From Chloroflexia bacterium (GTDB lineage Bacteria > Chloroflexota > Chloroflexia > QHBQ01 > JAICKM01): a stretch of DNA of 64,000 nucleotides. The DNA lies in assembly GCA_035693165.1 (NCBI GenBank), contig DASSGZ010000499.1, positions 617-64,616 on the forward strand. Direction: 5' to 3'. Shown piece by piece: positions 1 through 9,048 of this stretch. The notes beneath the pieces are model-generated. The model was not told the DNA's origin, did no database searches, and saw only the letters and a program-made list of their open reading frames with translations. The position numbers and the translations under genes were made by a program. The first letter of the stretch is position 1. Each line of letters opens with the position of its first letter.

Positions 1-692
1 TCGGCTTGCTGATGGAGAAGGAAGTCGGCATCATGGGCCAGGCGCTCGAATCGCCCAAGCGGCCGTTCGTCGCCGTGCTCGGCGGGGCCAAGGTGAGCGA
101 CAAGATGGGCGTCATCACCAACCTGCTGACCAGGGTGGACAGCCTGGTCATCGGCGGCGGCATGGCGAACACCTTCCTGCGTGCCCAGGGCTACAACATC
201 GGCGACTCGCTGGTCGAGGCTGATCTGGTGCCCGAAGCCGAGAAGCTGTTGACCCAGGCCCGCGAGAAGGGCGTGAGCCTGCTGCTGCCGCAGGACGTGG
301 TCATCGCCGATGCCTTCTCCGCTGACGCCCATATCCGCACTGTGCCGGTGAGTGAGGTGCTCGACGGCTGGCGCATCATGGACATCGGCCCGGACACCGC
401 CCAGCGCTACGCCGAGACCATCGAGAAGGCGGGCACGGTCGTCTGGAACGGCCCCATGGGCGTGTTCGAGTTCGCCCCCTTCGCGGCGGGCACCCGCGCG
501 CTGGCCGAGGCCACGGCCCGCGCCACCGATAAAGGCGCGACCACGATCATCGGCGGCGGCGACTCGGTTGCCGCGGTCGAGCAGGCGGGGGTGGCCGATC
601 GCATCAGCCACATCTCCACCGGCGGGGGCGCGTCGCTGGAATTTCTTGAAGGACGCGTCCTGCCCGGCGTGGCCGCTATCCCGGAGCGCTAG
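1..692 (+). CDS. pgk: Phosphoglycerate kinase, C-terminal part (5' end lies upstream of the window)
   Basis: The frame is open from the window edge. The translation carries conserved PGK C-domain motifs ([34 protein letters not shown]). Stop is TAG at 690-692. tpiA starts 2 nt later, the classical pgk-tpiA pair. Confidence 0.93.
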   Translation, partial: GLLMEKEVGIMGQALESPKRPFVAVLGGAKVSDKMGVITNLLTRVDSLVIGGGMANTFLRAQGYNIGDSLVEADLVPEAEKLLTQAREKGVSLLLPQDVVIADAFSADAHIRTVPVSEVLDGWRIMDIGPDTAQRYAETIEKAGTVVWNGPMGVFEFAPFAAGTRALAEATARATDKGATTIIGGGDSVAAVEQAGVADRISHISTGGGASLEFLEGRVLPGVAAIPER

Positions 693-694
693 CC

Positions 695-1474
695 ATGAGC
701 CGCCATCGTCAGCCGATTATTGCCGGCAACTGGAAGATGAACACCACCGCCGACCAGGCGGTGATGCTGGCCGAGGACCTGCTCGACGACCTCGATGCGA
801 TCGAAGGCGTCGAAATCGTCCTCTGCCCACCGTTCGTCAGTCTGGTGCCGTTGTGGGAAATGCTCTCTGAGACCACCGTGGGCCTGGGAGCGCAAAATAT
901 GTACTGGGAGGAGAAAGGCGCCTATACGGGCGAAATCTCGCCGGTCATGCTCAAGCCGCTGTGCCGGTATGTGATCCTGGGCCACTCCGAGCGCCGCACC
1001 TACTTCGGCGAAACGGATGAGATCGTGGCGCACAAAGTCCGCGCGGCGCTGGCCCACGGCTTGCGCCCGATTGTCTGTGTGGGCGAGGACCTGATCGAGC
1101 GCGAGGCGGGGCACGCCGCGCGAGTGCTGGCCCGCCAGATCCGGGCGGTGTTCACCGGCATGGACCCGGACCACGCGCACCAGTGCGTCGTGGCCTACGA
1201 ACCTGTCTGGGCCATCGGCACGGGCCGGGCGGCGCACGGGCCCCAGGCCCAGGAGTCGATTAGCGGAATCCGCCGGCTGCTGGCCGAACTGGCTAGCCCG
1301 GACGTGGCCGACGGGATGCGCATCCAGTACGGCGGGAGCGTCACCGGGGCCAACGCCGCCGAGTTCTTCGAGCAGCCCGACATCGACGGCGCGCTGGTCG
1401 GTGGAGCCAGCCTCAAGCCCGACGACTTCGTCCGCATCTGTGCCATCGCGCAACAGGCCAAGCACGTGCGATAG
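695..1474 (+). CDS. tpiA: Triosephosphate isomerase
   Basis: ATG at 695. The 259-aa product has IAGNWKMN, GHSERR, AYEPVWAIGTG and YGGSV motifs typical of TIM. Confidence 0.95.
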   Translation: MSRHRQPIIAGNWKMNTTADQAVMLAEDLLDDLDAIEGVEIVLCPPFVSLVPLWEMLSETTVGLGAQNMYWEEKGAYTGEISPVMLKPLCRYVILGHSERRTYFGETDEIVAHKVRAALAHGLRPIVCVGEDLIEREAGHAARVLARQIRAVFTGMDPDHAHQCVVAYEPVWAIGTGRAAHGPQAQESISGIRRLLAELASPDVADGMRIQYGGSVTGANAAEFFEQPDIDGALVGGASLKPDDFVRICAIAQQAKHVR

Positions 1475-1478
1475 CTAT

Positions 1479-1523
1479 CAGCCGTCAGCCGTCAGCCGTC
1501 AGCGGTTTATGCTGACGGCTGAT
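1479..1523 (+). repeat. Tandem heptamer (CAGCCGT x3 plus one variant) ending in a perfect 12-bp hairpin; probable tpiA terminator-like element
   Basis: CAGCCGT occurs at 1479-1499, then CAGCGGT. Stem TCAGCCGTCAGC (1492-1503) pairs with GCTGACGGCTGA (1511-1522) across a 7-nt loop. There is no clear T-tract. Confidence 0.6.
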
Positions 1524-1677
1524 TGCAATTATGGATTCCCTCCTCATCGGTAGGCCGGACTATCGCGTCAGCGCCACCGGATCAGTGGCTGGGCGGGATA
1601 TATCGGCTGCCTGGGATACGTATTGCATTTCGCCGGGGCCTCGCGTATAATAAGGGCACGGAGGTCTACATAATACA

Positions 1678-2625
1678 ATGGCTGAGGCGCAAAAGCAGCA
1701 GGTCCCTTACCAGCCGCCCCTCTTCACCGTCACCGCGCGCGGCGAACTGATCCGCCCCGTGGCCGAGATCCCCGATCTCACGGCTGCGTCGTCGCTGGAG
1801 ATCGCGCGGTGGTGGTATCGCCGCCACCTGGAGCAGGAGCGCCGCCCGATCAACACGATCACCTCCTATATGTATGACCTGGCCCTGCTGCAAGATTTCA
1901 TCGGCCCCAAGCCGGTCGAGCGTATCACCCCGGCGGACGTGCGCCGGTTCCTGGACCTGGCGCAGAACAAGTCCACGCGCAAGCGCCGCCTGACCTCCAT
2001 CGGCGGGCTGTTCCGCTACCTGATCAAGGACGAGAAGATCCTGACCGAGGACCCCAGCGACAAGTTCTTCCCCGACTTCATCCAGTTGAAGACGCCGCAG
2101 GTGCTGTTCCCCGACGAACAGGACCGCCTGCTGGACGCGGCGAAGGCCGAGAACCTGCGCACCTATCTGATCGTCCGGCTGCTGCTCAAGCTGGGCCTCA
2201 CCCGCGCCGAGTTGCTCGCGCTCAAGGTCGACCACATCGACATGAGCGACGCCGACCACCCGCTGGTCTATATCTTTTACGAGGATGTGCGCTGGCAGCC
2301 GAAAGAGCGCAAGCTGGCCGCCACCGCCGAGTTCGGCGAGGCGTTCCGCAGGTTCGTACTGGAGTACAAGCCCGAGCGGCGGCTGTTCGAGATGATGCCC
2401 CAGTCGGTGAACAAACTGGTCGACCGCGTGGCCGCCGACGCCGGCATCACCAAGCGCGTCACGCCCCAGTCCCTGCGCGACACCTTTGCCGTCGAGCAGG
2501 CCAAGAACGGGGCGACCGAGACCAAACTTCTGCAGATCCTGGGGTTGGCGCCGGATAGCCGCAACCGGCGCAGCGTGCAGCGCTACACCAAACTGGCCCA
2601 GCCACCCGTCGCCGGAGTCGAGTAA
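1678..2625 (+). CDS. Tyrosine recombinase/integrase-family protein (Xer-like) with non-canonical active-site residues
   Basis: The 315-aa product has an N-terminal SAM-like core-binding region and a C-terminal catalytic fold. Recognisable positions are Arg-I (GLTRAELLAL), Lys (PKERK), Arg-II (SLRDTF) and Tyr (QRYTKL). The usual HxxR His is Gln and the LGH His/Trp position is Leu. Confidence 0.75.
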   Translation: MAEAQKQQVPYQPPLFTVTARGELIRPVAEIPDLTAASSLEIARWWYRRHLEQERRPINTITSYMYDLALLQDFIGPKPVERITPADVRRFLDLAQNKSTRKRRLTSIGGLFRYLIKDEKILTEDPSDKFFPDFIQLKTPQVLFPDEQDRLLDAAKAENLRTYLIVRLLLKLGLTRAELLALKVDHIDMSDADHPLVYIFYEDVRWQPKERKLAATAEFGEAFRRFVLEYKPERRLFEMMPQSVNKLVDRVAADAGITKRVTPQSLRDTFAVEQAKNGATETKLLQILGLAPDSRNRRSVQRYTKLAQPPVAGVE

Positions 2626-2650
2626 CCCCCCTTGCCGCGCGAGACCCACC

Positions 2651-3076
2651 ATGCATTACAACTCCATCGATCATTTCCTGACCGTCCATGAGCCGGACAT
2701 CGCGACGCTGATCGAGGACGCCGAGCGCGTCACCGGCGGCCATTATTCCGCCATGGCGCCCGAACAACTGCACCAGACCGCGCAATCCGATGCCCACGAG
2801 TTGATCGCGGGCTTGCGGGCCGCCCACGTGGACCGCACGACCATCCAGGAAACTGCCCGCGAGACGGAGACGCAGGGCATCGCCCTGGACGACCTGACGC
2901 GCATGAGCCTCGAAATCGAGCGCCGGTTCATCTCCTATGTCCAGGCGGAACTGGCCGAGCAACCCGAGTTCGCCGCCGACCTGGTGCGCCGGTGCCGCCA
3001 TATCACTGCCGGCTACCGCAGTAATATCACCACCGTCAAGTTGGATCGCGCCCTGGGCCGCTTAAAGCACCCCTGA
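2651..3076 (+). CDS. Hypothetical protein (all-helical, about 141 aa), immediately downstream of the recombinase-like gene
   Basis: ATG at 2651 lies 26 nt after the recombinase stop and has genome-typical codon usage. It faintly resembles RsbR-type N-terminal sensor domains, from memory only. Confidence 0.5.
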   Translation: MHYNSIDHFLTVHEPDIATLIEDAERVTGGHYSAMAPEQLHQTAQSDAHELIAGLRAAHVDRTTIQETARETETQGIALDDLTRMSLEIERRFISYVQAELAEQPEFAADLVRRCRHITAGYRSNITTVKLDRALGRLKHP

Positions 3077-3183
3077 CCCGGATCGTACTGCGAACAACCT
3101 CGCGCATCCGCCACGCCCACCCGGCGGCATAGCGGTTGCTTGCATGGCTGTGACTTTTGCTCTGAAAGGATTACCCGCACCCT

Positions 3184-3690
3184 ATGTTCACGCCCGCAAC
3201 CGCGGCGGACAGCACGACCATTCACCTGCGCGTGCGCTACGCCGAAACCGACGCTATGGGCATCGTCCACCACAGCCGCTACCTGCCCTGGCTGGAGATG
3301 GCGCGCACCGAGTTCATGCGCGAGCGCGGTTACACCTACCGCGAACTGGAACAGGTGGGCGTGCAGCTTGCCGTGATCGAGGTCCAGGCCCGCTATCGCG
3401 CGCCCGCCGTCTATGACGACCCGATTGCCGTCACGGCGCGGCTGGCCGAGTTCGGGCGGGTCAAATTGCGCTTTGAGTACCGGGTGTATAATGAAGCGAC
3501 CGGCCGCCTGCTGATGGAGGCCGAAACCCTGCATGCATTTGTCGGCCGCAACGGCCAACCCGTCCGCATGGCCAGCCAGTATCCGGAAATCTGGCAGCGA
3601 CTCCAGGCAATCGTGAGCGAGGTGCGGCGCGGCGAAGGAGGAACAGACGATGGCACTGCGTCCGCAGGCGGCGACCCCGCCCGCGACTAA
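3184..3690 (+). CDS. Acyl-CoA thioesterase, 4HBT/YbgC hotdog family
   Basis: The N-terminus (VRYAETDAMGIVHHSRYLPWLEMARTEFMRERG) and overall pattern are typical of YbgC-type thioesterases. Confidence 0.85.
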   Translation: MFTPATAADSTTIHLRVRYAETDAMGIVHHSRYLPWLEMARTEFMRERGYTYRELEQVGVQLAVIEVQARYRAPAVYDDPIAVTARLAEFGRVKLRFEYRVYNEATGRLLMEAETLHAFVGRNGQPVRMASQYPEIWQRLQAIVSEVRRGEGGTDDGTASAGGDPARD

Positions 3691-5278
3691 CGGCACCGGG
3701 AACGGCGCGCACCCGGCGGAACTGGTTTCTTATGATCCGGCGACCGGCGCGGAGTTGGGACGCGTCCCGATCCGCACCGGCGCGGAAGTGCGGGCGGCGG
3801 TGGCCCGCGCCCGCGCCGCGCAACCGGCCTGGGCCGCCCAGCCCCTGGCCGTCCGGCTCGACTACCTGCGCCGCATCCGCGCCGTGCTGGCCGAGCACGC
3901 CGACGAACTGAGCGAACTCACGGCGCGGGAGATGGGCAAACACCCCACCGAGGCGTTGCTGGGCGACACCTTATTCAGCCTGACCCACCTGGACTACGTG
4001 ATCGCGATGGCGCCCCGGCTGCTGCGGCCCCGCCGCGTGCGCCACGGTATCGTCTTCGCCACACGCTACGCCCAGGTCGTGCTCGACCCCCGCGGCGTCA
4101 TCGGCATCATCTCGCCCTACAACTACCCGGTGCTGATGACGGCCAACTCACTCTTTATGGCGCTGGCCGCGGGCAACGTGGTGGTCGCCAAGCCCTCGGA
4201 GCATACCCCGCTGACGGTGCTGAAGCTGGCCGAGATCTGCCACACCGCCGGGCTGCCCGCCGACGTATTCCAGGTACTGACCGGCGACCATACCACGGGC
4301 GCGGCCCTGGTGGACAGCGACATCGACGGGTTGGTCTTTGTCGGCGGCACCGCTGCCGGGCGCAAGATCGCCGCCGCCGCGGGCGCGCGCCTGCTGCCGG
4401 TGACGATGGAACTGGGCGGCAACAACGCCATGATCGTGCTCGAAGACGCCGACCTGCAAATGGCGGCGCGGGCGGCGATCTGGGGCGGCTTTGTCACCAG
4501 CGGCCAGGTCTGCGGGCGGGCCGGGCGCGTGCTGGTGGCCGCGCCGGTGGCCGGGCGTTTCCTGGCCGCCGTCACCCGCGAAGCCGAGCAGGTGCGGCAC
4601 GCCACGCAGGTGGCGGAGGGCGTGGATATGGGGCCGCTGACCACCGCCGTGAGCCTGGCCCATGTGCGCATGGCCGTCGGGGAAGCGCTGGAGGGCGGCG
4701 CGCGCCTGGTGGCGGGGAGCCTCCCCCTGCCCGGCAGCACCCCCGGCCCCGCGCTCTACCCGCCAACGGTGCTGGCGGATGTCACGCCCGCAATGCGCGT
4801 AATGCGTGAGGAAATCTTCGGCCCGGTCGTCTGCGTCTATGCCGTGGCCGATGCCGCCGAAGCTGTGCGCGTAGCGAACGATTCGCCCTACAGCCTGACG
4901 GCCAGCGTCTGGAGCCGCGACCGGCGGCGGGCCTGGCGCATCGCCCGGCAGGTGCGCGCCGGGTCGGTGCTGATCAACGAGCACCTGGCCCCCGCGCTGG
5001 CCGCCGAAAGCCCCTGGGGCGGCATGGGCGGCGCCAGCGGCTACGGGCGCATCGGCGGGCCGCTGGGCCTGCTCAGCCTCACCAACCCCAAGTATATCAG
5101 CTACGACCGGCTGCCGGTGCGCCGCTATCCGTGGTGGTTCCCCTACACGCCGCGCACCCACGAACTGGGCCGCACCCTGGTCGCGCTGCTCTATGGCCGC
5201 ACCCTCGGCATCCGCCTGGCCGCCGTGCGCGCCCTCCTGGCGGATCTGCCGGGCCTCGTGCGCATGTTCCGGGGCTAA
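3650..5278 (+). CDS. Aldehyde dehydrogenase family protein
   Basis: A strong SD (GAAGGAGGAA, 3635-3644) precedes ATG 3650. ELGGNN and a GQVCG catalytic-Cys region are present. The product is 542 aa with a C-terminal extension. It overlaps the thioesterase 3' end by 41 nt. Confidence 0.88.
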   Translation: MALRPQAATPPATNGTGNGAHPAELVSYDPATGAELGRVPIRTGAEVRAAVARARAAQPAWAAQPLAVRLDYLRRIRAVLAEHADELSELTAREMGKHPTEALLGDTLFSLTHLDYVIAMAPRLLRPRRVRHGIVFATRYAQVVLDPRGVIGIISPYNYPVLMTANSLFMALAAGNVVVAKPSEHTPLTVLKLAEICHTAGLPADVFQVLTGDHTTGAALVDSDIDGLVFVGGTAAGRKIAAAAGARLLPVTMELGGNNAMIVLEDADLQMAARAAIWGGFVTSGQVCGRAGRVLVAAPVAGRFLAAVTREAEQVRHATQVAEGVDMGPLTTAVSLAHVRMAVGEALEGGARLVAGSLPLPGSTPGPALYPPTVLADVTPAMRVMREEIFGPVVCVYAVADAAEAVRVANDSPYSLTASVWSRDRRRAWRIARQVRAGSVLINEHLAPALAAESPWGGMGGASGYGRIGGPLGLLSLTNPKYISYDRLPVRRYPWWFPYTPRTHELGRTLVALLYGRTLGIRLAAVRALLADLPGLVRMFRG

Positions 5279-5581
5279 GCATCAGCGTGTTGTGAACACG
5301 ATATTTATTTCACCGCGAAGGAACGAAGGACGCGAAGATCATTGGTATCAATTGTGTTCTTCGCATTCTTCGTTGCTTCCCTGAAAGTGGGGAAGAAGGG
5401 TAGCCAGGGGCTTGTCTAGCGAGCGCAGCGAAGAATCTCGTCTCGTGCGGGTCCACGCCGCGACTCTGCGCGGCGCTCCGAGGGCCAAGCCGCCTTTCAT
5501 GCCCCCAGTGTCCCACCGGGACACTCCCCACTTCGTGGTGCGTTTTAGTTGAAAATCGGGAGGTGTCGCAAAACGCTTACT

Positions 5582-6196
5582 ATGGAATTTATAACGTATC
5601 TTAATTTACTGATCGTACTTCTTTTTGGTTTGATTTGGATCGGTATCATGACGTTTCTTCGGTTGAAGGGACAGAAGAGTTTCGTATATTTGACATTCTT
5701 CACAATATTCTACGCCTACATAATTGAGGTGCTGGATTACACATTAATTCAGTTTCAATCTTTGCTTCTTCTAAAATATTTTAAGCCAGGTCTTATCTTG
5801 CAAGGACAAGCGGCTGGGAAAAGCTTGAATCTGATTCCGCTCATCACGCTCACTCCAGGGGATATCCAGACCTCGCTGCTCAACATTCTGCTGCTGATTC
5901 CTTTCGGGTTCGGGCTGCCGTTCATTACGGATTTTCGCATGAAAAGAGTAGTCGTTATGGGCGGACTAGTTAGTATTGGTATCGAGCTTCTGCAACTGAT
6001 GTCGGGATTAGTGGCAAGAATTACATTTCGGGTCGCCGACATCAATGATGTGATCTTCAATACGCTGGGCGTCTTAATCGGTTATATGCTATTTGTTGGA
6101 TTCGTGCGCGTATATAGGCATCTATCTCGAAATTGGAAGATAGCAGCGAATCCGATCTTGCGATATATAGCTCTGCGGCCGCAGATAGATAAGTGA
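5582..6196 (+). CDS. VanZ-like family membrane protein
   Basis: A multi-TM protein with VanZ-type motifs ([13 protein letters not shown]; IELLQL...[17 protein letters not shown]). The gene is visibly AT-richer than its neighbours. The start is uncertain: TTG 5549 or ATG 5582. Confidence 0.75.
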   Translation: MEFITYLNLLIVLLFGLIWIGIMTFLRLKGQKSFVYLTFFTIFYAYIIEVLDYTLIQFQSLLLLKYFKPGLILQGQAAGKSLNLIPLITLTPGDIQTSLLNILLLIPFGFGLPFITDFRMKRVVVMGGLVSIGIELLQLMSGLVARITFRVADINDVIFNTLGVLIGYMLFVGFVRVYRHLSRNWKIAANPILRYIALRPQIDK

Positions 6197-6393
6197 AGCA
6201 CCCCAGGTGGACAGGATACGTGTTCGAGCCGGACGGCCTGGACCAGTATGAAGTCCGGCGCTGGGAGGGCTGGTATCGGCACATCACGCTAGCGATGCCG
6301 GCGCAAGCCTATTTGGTGGTGACCCGCGAGGCTGCCGCCGCCGAGCGGGAAAAAGGGGACCCGAAATCGGGCAGCAGGGAGGTCCGCCAATAG
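6193..6393 (+). pseudogene. C-terminal remnant of an IS701-type (IS4-superfamily DDE) transposase
   Basis: The translation [29 protein letters not shown] matches the conserved C-terminal signature I recall for IS701-family transposases. Only about 60 aa remain and no upstream DDE domain is present. Confidence 0.6.
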
Positions 6394-6563
6394 GAATGGC
6401 TGCCAGGCTCAAAGCGGGGCACGATCGCGATGGCGAAGCGGCGGTAGCGCAGCAGCGATCCGTTTTGGTATAATACTATGTTACGAACATGAAATGAGTT
6501 GACTAATCAAGTAATCGGCCCGCGCAAGCAGGGGCCGCAGCACAGGAGCAACACCACCACTTT

Positions 6564-8390
6564 ATGCCCAAAAACAAAGGCTATTCGCAGCAATCCAGCA
6601 AGCAGAGCGCCAACCGCACCGCAGGGGTGGTCCGCGAACGACTGGCCCAGGAGACCGGCACCATCCGCAAGGACTGGGGCGGGCGCATCCGCGTGGGCCT
6701 CGTCTTCCCCAACACCTATTATATCGGCATGTCGAGTCTCGGATTCCAGACGATCTACCGGCTGTTCAACGAAGCGTCGGATGTCGTATGTGAGCGCGCC
6801 TTCCTGCCCGACAGCGACGGCCAGTTCGAGATGCCGCGCAACCGGCCCGACCTGGAGCCGCTGACGCTGGAGTCGGGCCGCCCGCTGCGCGAGTTCGACG
6901 TGGTCGCATTTTCGGTCAGCTTCGAGCTGGACTATTTCCATATGGTGCAGATTCTGCGCGCCGCCGGGATCCCGTTGCTGGCGCGCGACCGCACCGACGA
7001 CGACCCGATTGTCATCGCCGGAGGCGCCTGCATCATCGACAACCCCGAGCCGGTGGCCGATTTCCTCGACATCGCCTTTGTCGGCGAGGGCGAGGCCCAG
7101 GTGCCCGACTTTATCGACGTGTTGCGCGCCGAATTAGAGCATGGCCGCGACGCGGTGCTGAAGGGCGCGGCTCGCCACCAGGGCATGTACGTCCCAGCCT
7201 TCTACGATGCGAGCTACCAACCCGAGGGCATGTTTGCCGGGATCACGGCCAACGCGACCCACCCGACCCCCGAATCGGCGCTGCCGATCCGCAAGCAGCG
7301 CGTGCGCAACCTGGCCGAGTTCCAGACCTCGTCGGTGATTCTCACCCAGAACACCGAGTTCGGCAGCAGCTACCTGCTGGAGACGGCGCGCGGCTGCGCC
7401 CGCGGCTGCCGATTCTGCCTGGCCTCCTACGGCTTCATGCCGCAACGCGAACGCAAGCTGGAAGACGTGGTCGAGCAGGCCCGCTACGGCTTGCAGTTCC
7501 GCGACAAAATCGGGCTGATGGGGCCGTCGGTCTCCGACTACCATGCCATCGACGAACTGGTGACGGCGATCCGCGAAATGGGCGGCAAAGTATCACTCGC
7601 CTCGATGCGCGCCGACAGCATCTCGCCCGCGATTCTGCAGGCACTTATCGGCGGAGGCGCGCGCACCATCACTTTCGCCCCCGAGGGCGGCTCGCAGCGC
7701 ATGCGCGACGTGATCAACAAGAACCTGAACGAAGACCAGATCCTGGCTTGCGCCGAGTTGATCGGGCGCATGGGCGGCCAGGCGATCAAGCTCTACTACA
7801 TGTGCGGCCTGCCCGGCGAGACCGAGGAGGACGTGCAGGGTATCGTGGACCTGACGCTCAAGGTGAAGGATCGCCTGAACCGCTACGCGCCGGGCGGCGA
7901 GGTCCAGGGCAGCGTCACGCCCCACGTGCCGAAGAGCCACACGCCGTTCCAGTGGGCGCAGATGTACCCGCTCGACGTGATCGAGGAGCGAGTCAACTTC
8001 CTGCGCAAGGCGCTGCGCAGCAAGGGCGTGGTCTTCAAGATCGACAGCCCCAAGTGGCTGCGCGTGCAGGGCGTGCTGGCCCGCGGCGACCGCCGCCTCA
8101 GCGCCGTCCTGGCCGCTATGGAGGGCATGAGCCACGCCGACTGGAAGCGGGCCATGGACGAGGTGGGCCTCAGCGAGGATTTCTACGCCCGCGAGCGCCC
8201 GCTGGACGAACTGTTCCCCTGGTCGCACATCGAGGAAGGTGTATCGGCCCGCGCCCTGGGCCAGCAGTGGCAGCGCGCCACGAGCGAAGTACCCGGCTAT
8301 GAAAAGGGCCAGATCCTGGGCAACGCCCAGCGCCACCTGCTGGAGTTCTACAAAACCGGCGACGCGAACTTGATCCGCTCGGCGCGGTAG
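6564..8390 (+). CDS. Radical SAM protein with an N-terminal B12-binding-like domain (TIGR03960-like family)
   Basis: The 608-aa product has a CxxxCxxC cluster motif (RGCARGCRFC). The N-terminus VGLVFPNTYYIGMSSLGFQTIYRLFN is typical of this uncharacterised radical SAM family. An extended -10 (TGgTATAAT, 6466-6474) lies upstream. Confidence 0.85.
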   Translation: MPKNKGYSQQSSKQSANRTAGVVRERLAQETGTIRKDWGGRIRVGLVFPNTYYIGMSSLGFQTIYRLFNEASDVVCERAFLPDSDGQFEMPRNRPDLEPLTLESGRPLREFDVVAFSVSFELDYFHMVQILRAAGIPLLARDRTDDDPIVIAGGACIIDNPEPVADFLDIAFVGEGEAQVPDFIDVLRAELEHGRDAVLKGAARHQGMYVPAFYDASYQPEGMFAGITANATHPTPESALPIRKQRVRNLAEFQTSSVILTQNTEFGSSYLLETARGCARGCRFCLASYGFMPQRERKLEDVVEQARYGLQFRDKIGLMGPSVSDYHAIDELVTAIREMGGKVSLASMRADSISPAILQALIGGGARTITFAPEGGSQRMRDVINKNLNEDQILACAELIGRMGGQAIKLYYMCGLPGETEEDVQGIVDLTLKVKDRLNRYAPGGEVQGSVTPHVPKSHTPFQWAQMYPLDVIEERVNFLRKALRSKGVVFKIDSPKWLRVQGVLARGDRRLSAVLAAMEGMSHADWKRAMDEVGLSEDFYARERPLDELFPWSHIEEGVSARALGQQWQRATSEVPGYEKGQILGNAQRHLLEFYKTGDANLIRSAR

Positions 8391-8513
8391 CGGTCGACCG
8401 AGCTAAGCTGGGCACAGAGTTTGCGATCCGTTACCTGACGCCATCGTCTAAAGGCGGTGGGGTCTTTATTTGATAGACAAACCCTACGCGGCCACCTATC
8501 GAAAGAGGATGTC

Positions 8514-8933
8514 ATGCCTGATCGTAATCAGCCCATCATCGACGAGTTTCGCGCCAACAACGGCAAAGTCGGCGGGTACTTCGCCGGCGCCAACATGCTC
8601 CTGCTGCACACGGTCGGAGCCAAGACCGGCCAGCCCCGCACGAACCCGCTGGTCTACGTCACCGACGGCGATCGCCTCGTTATAATCGCATCCAAAGGGG
8701 GCGCTCCCAGTAACCCCGACTGGTACTACAATCTACTGGCTAACCCCCTCGTGACGGTTGAACTGGGCAACGAGCAGTTTCAGGCGCGGGCGACCCCAGT
8801 GACCGAAGAACCGGAGCGCTCTCGCCTCTACGCCAAGATGGTTGATCATCGAGCTGGCTTTGCCGAGTATGAGGAAAAGACCAGCCGCAAGATTCCCGCC
8901 ATCATTCTGGAACGAGTAAGCGCATCGGCCTGA
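8514..8933 (+). CDS. Deazaflavin (F420)-dependent nitroreductase family protein (DUF385/Ddn-like)
   Basis: ATG 8514 follows AGAGGA. Motifs FRANNGKVGG, LLLHTVGAKTGQPRTNPL, GG...NPDWYYNL and RKIPAIILE are typical of the Ddn family. Confidence 0.85.
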   Translation: MPDRNQPIIDEFRANNGKVGGYFAGANMLLLHTVGAKTGQPRTNPLVYVTDGDRLVIIASKGGAPSNPDWYYNLLANPLVTVELGNEQFQARATPVTEEPERSRLYAKMVDHRAGFAEYEEKTSRKIPAIILERVSASA

Positions 8934-9019
8934 ACCGAACATTGCTGCTGCGAACCGCACTGTAGCAAATGAGCTGGACACTCGCGCAACTTCAGGGTGT
9001 TTCTTGGCTAATGTGCTTT

Positions 9020-9048
9020 TTGCAGCAGCTTCCTCATTGTGGTATACT
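9020..9048 (+). promoter_or_regulatory. Sigma-70-type promoter for the SLH surface protein gene
   Basis: TTGCAG (9020-9025), a 17-nt spacer, then TGgTATACT (extended -10; hexamer 9043-9048). This implies a leader of about 215 nt before ATG 9269. Confidence 0.6.

Noticed and set aside
1479-1506. Heptamer tandem repeats (also at 11243-11280) as a CRISPR array or minisatellite gene
   Set aside because: The repeat unit is only 7-14 nt with no spacers, no cas genes are in the window, and the arrays are under 50 bp.
1666-2652. 328-aa ORF antisense to the recombinase-like gene
   Set aside because: This is a typical high-GC shadow ORF. Its composition is Gly/Arg/Ala/Leu-rich and low-complexity, it has no SD or motifs, and the opposite strand carries a recognisable protein family.
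5380-5548. Structured GC-rich stretch with a 9-bp distal inverted repeat and a 7-bp hairpin, as a possible tRNA, ncRNA or riboswitch
   Set aside because: I could draw no cloverleaf and found no conserved riboswitch core I recognise. It is more simply junction debris of the AT-rich insertion. It would need covariance-model scanning to revisit.
6499-6941. ORFs of 121 aa (plus strand) and 144 aa (minus strand) overlapping the radical-SAM 5' end
   Set aside because: They are out of frame or antisense to a strongly supported gene and have no motifs or SD.
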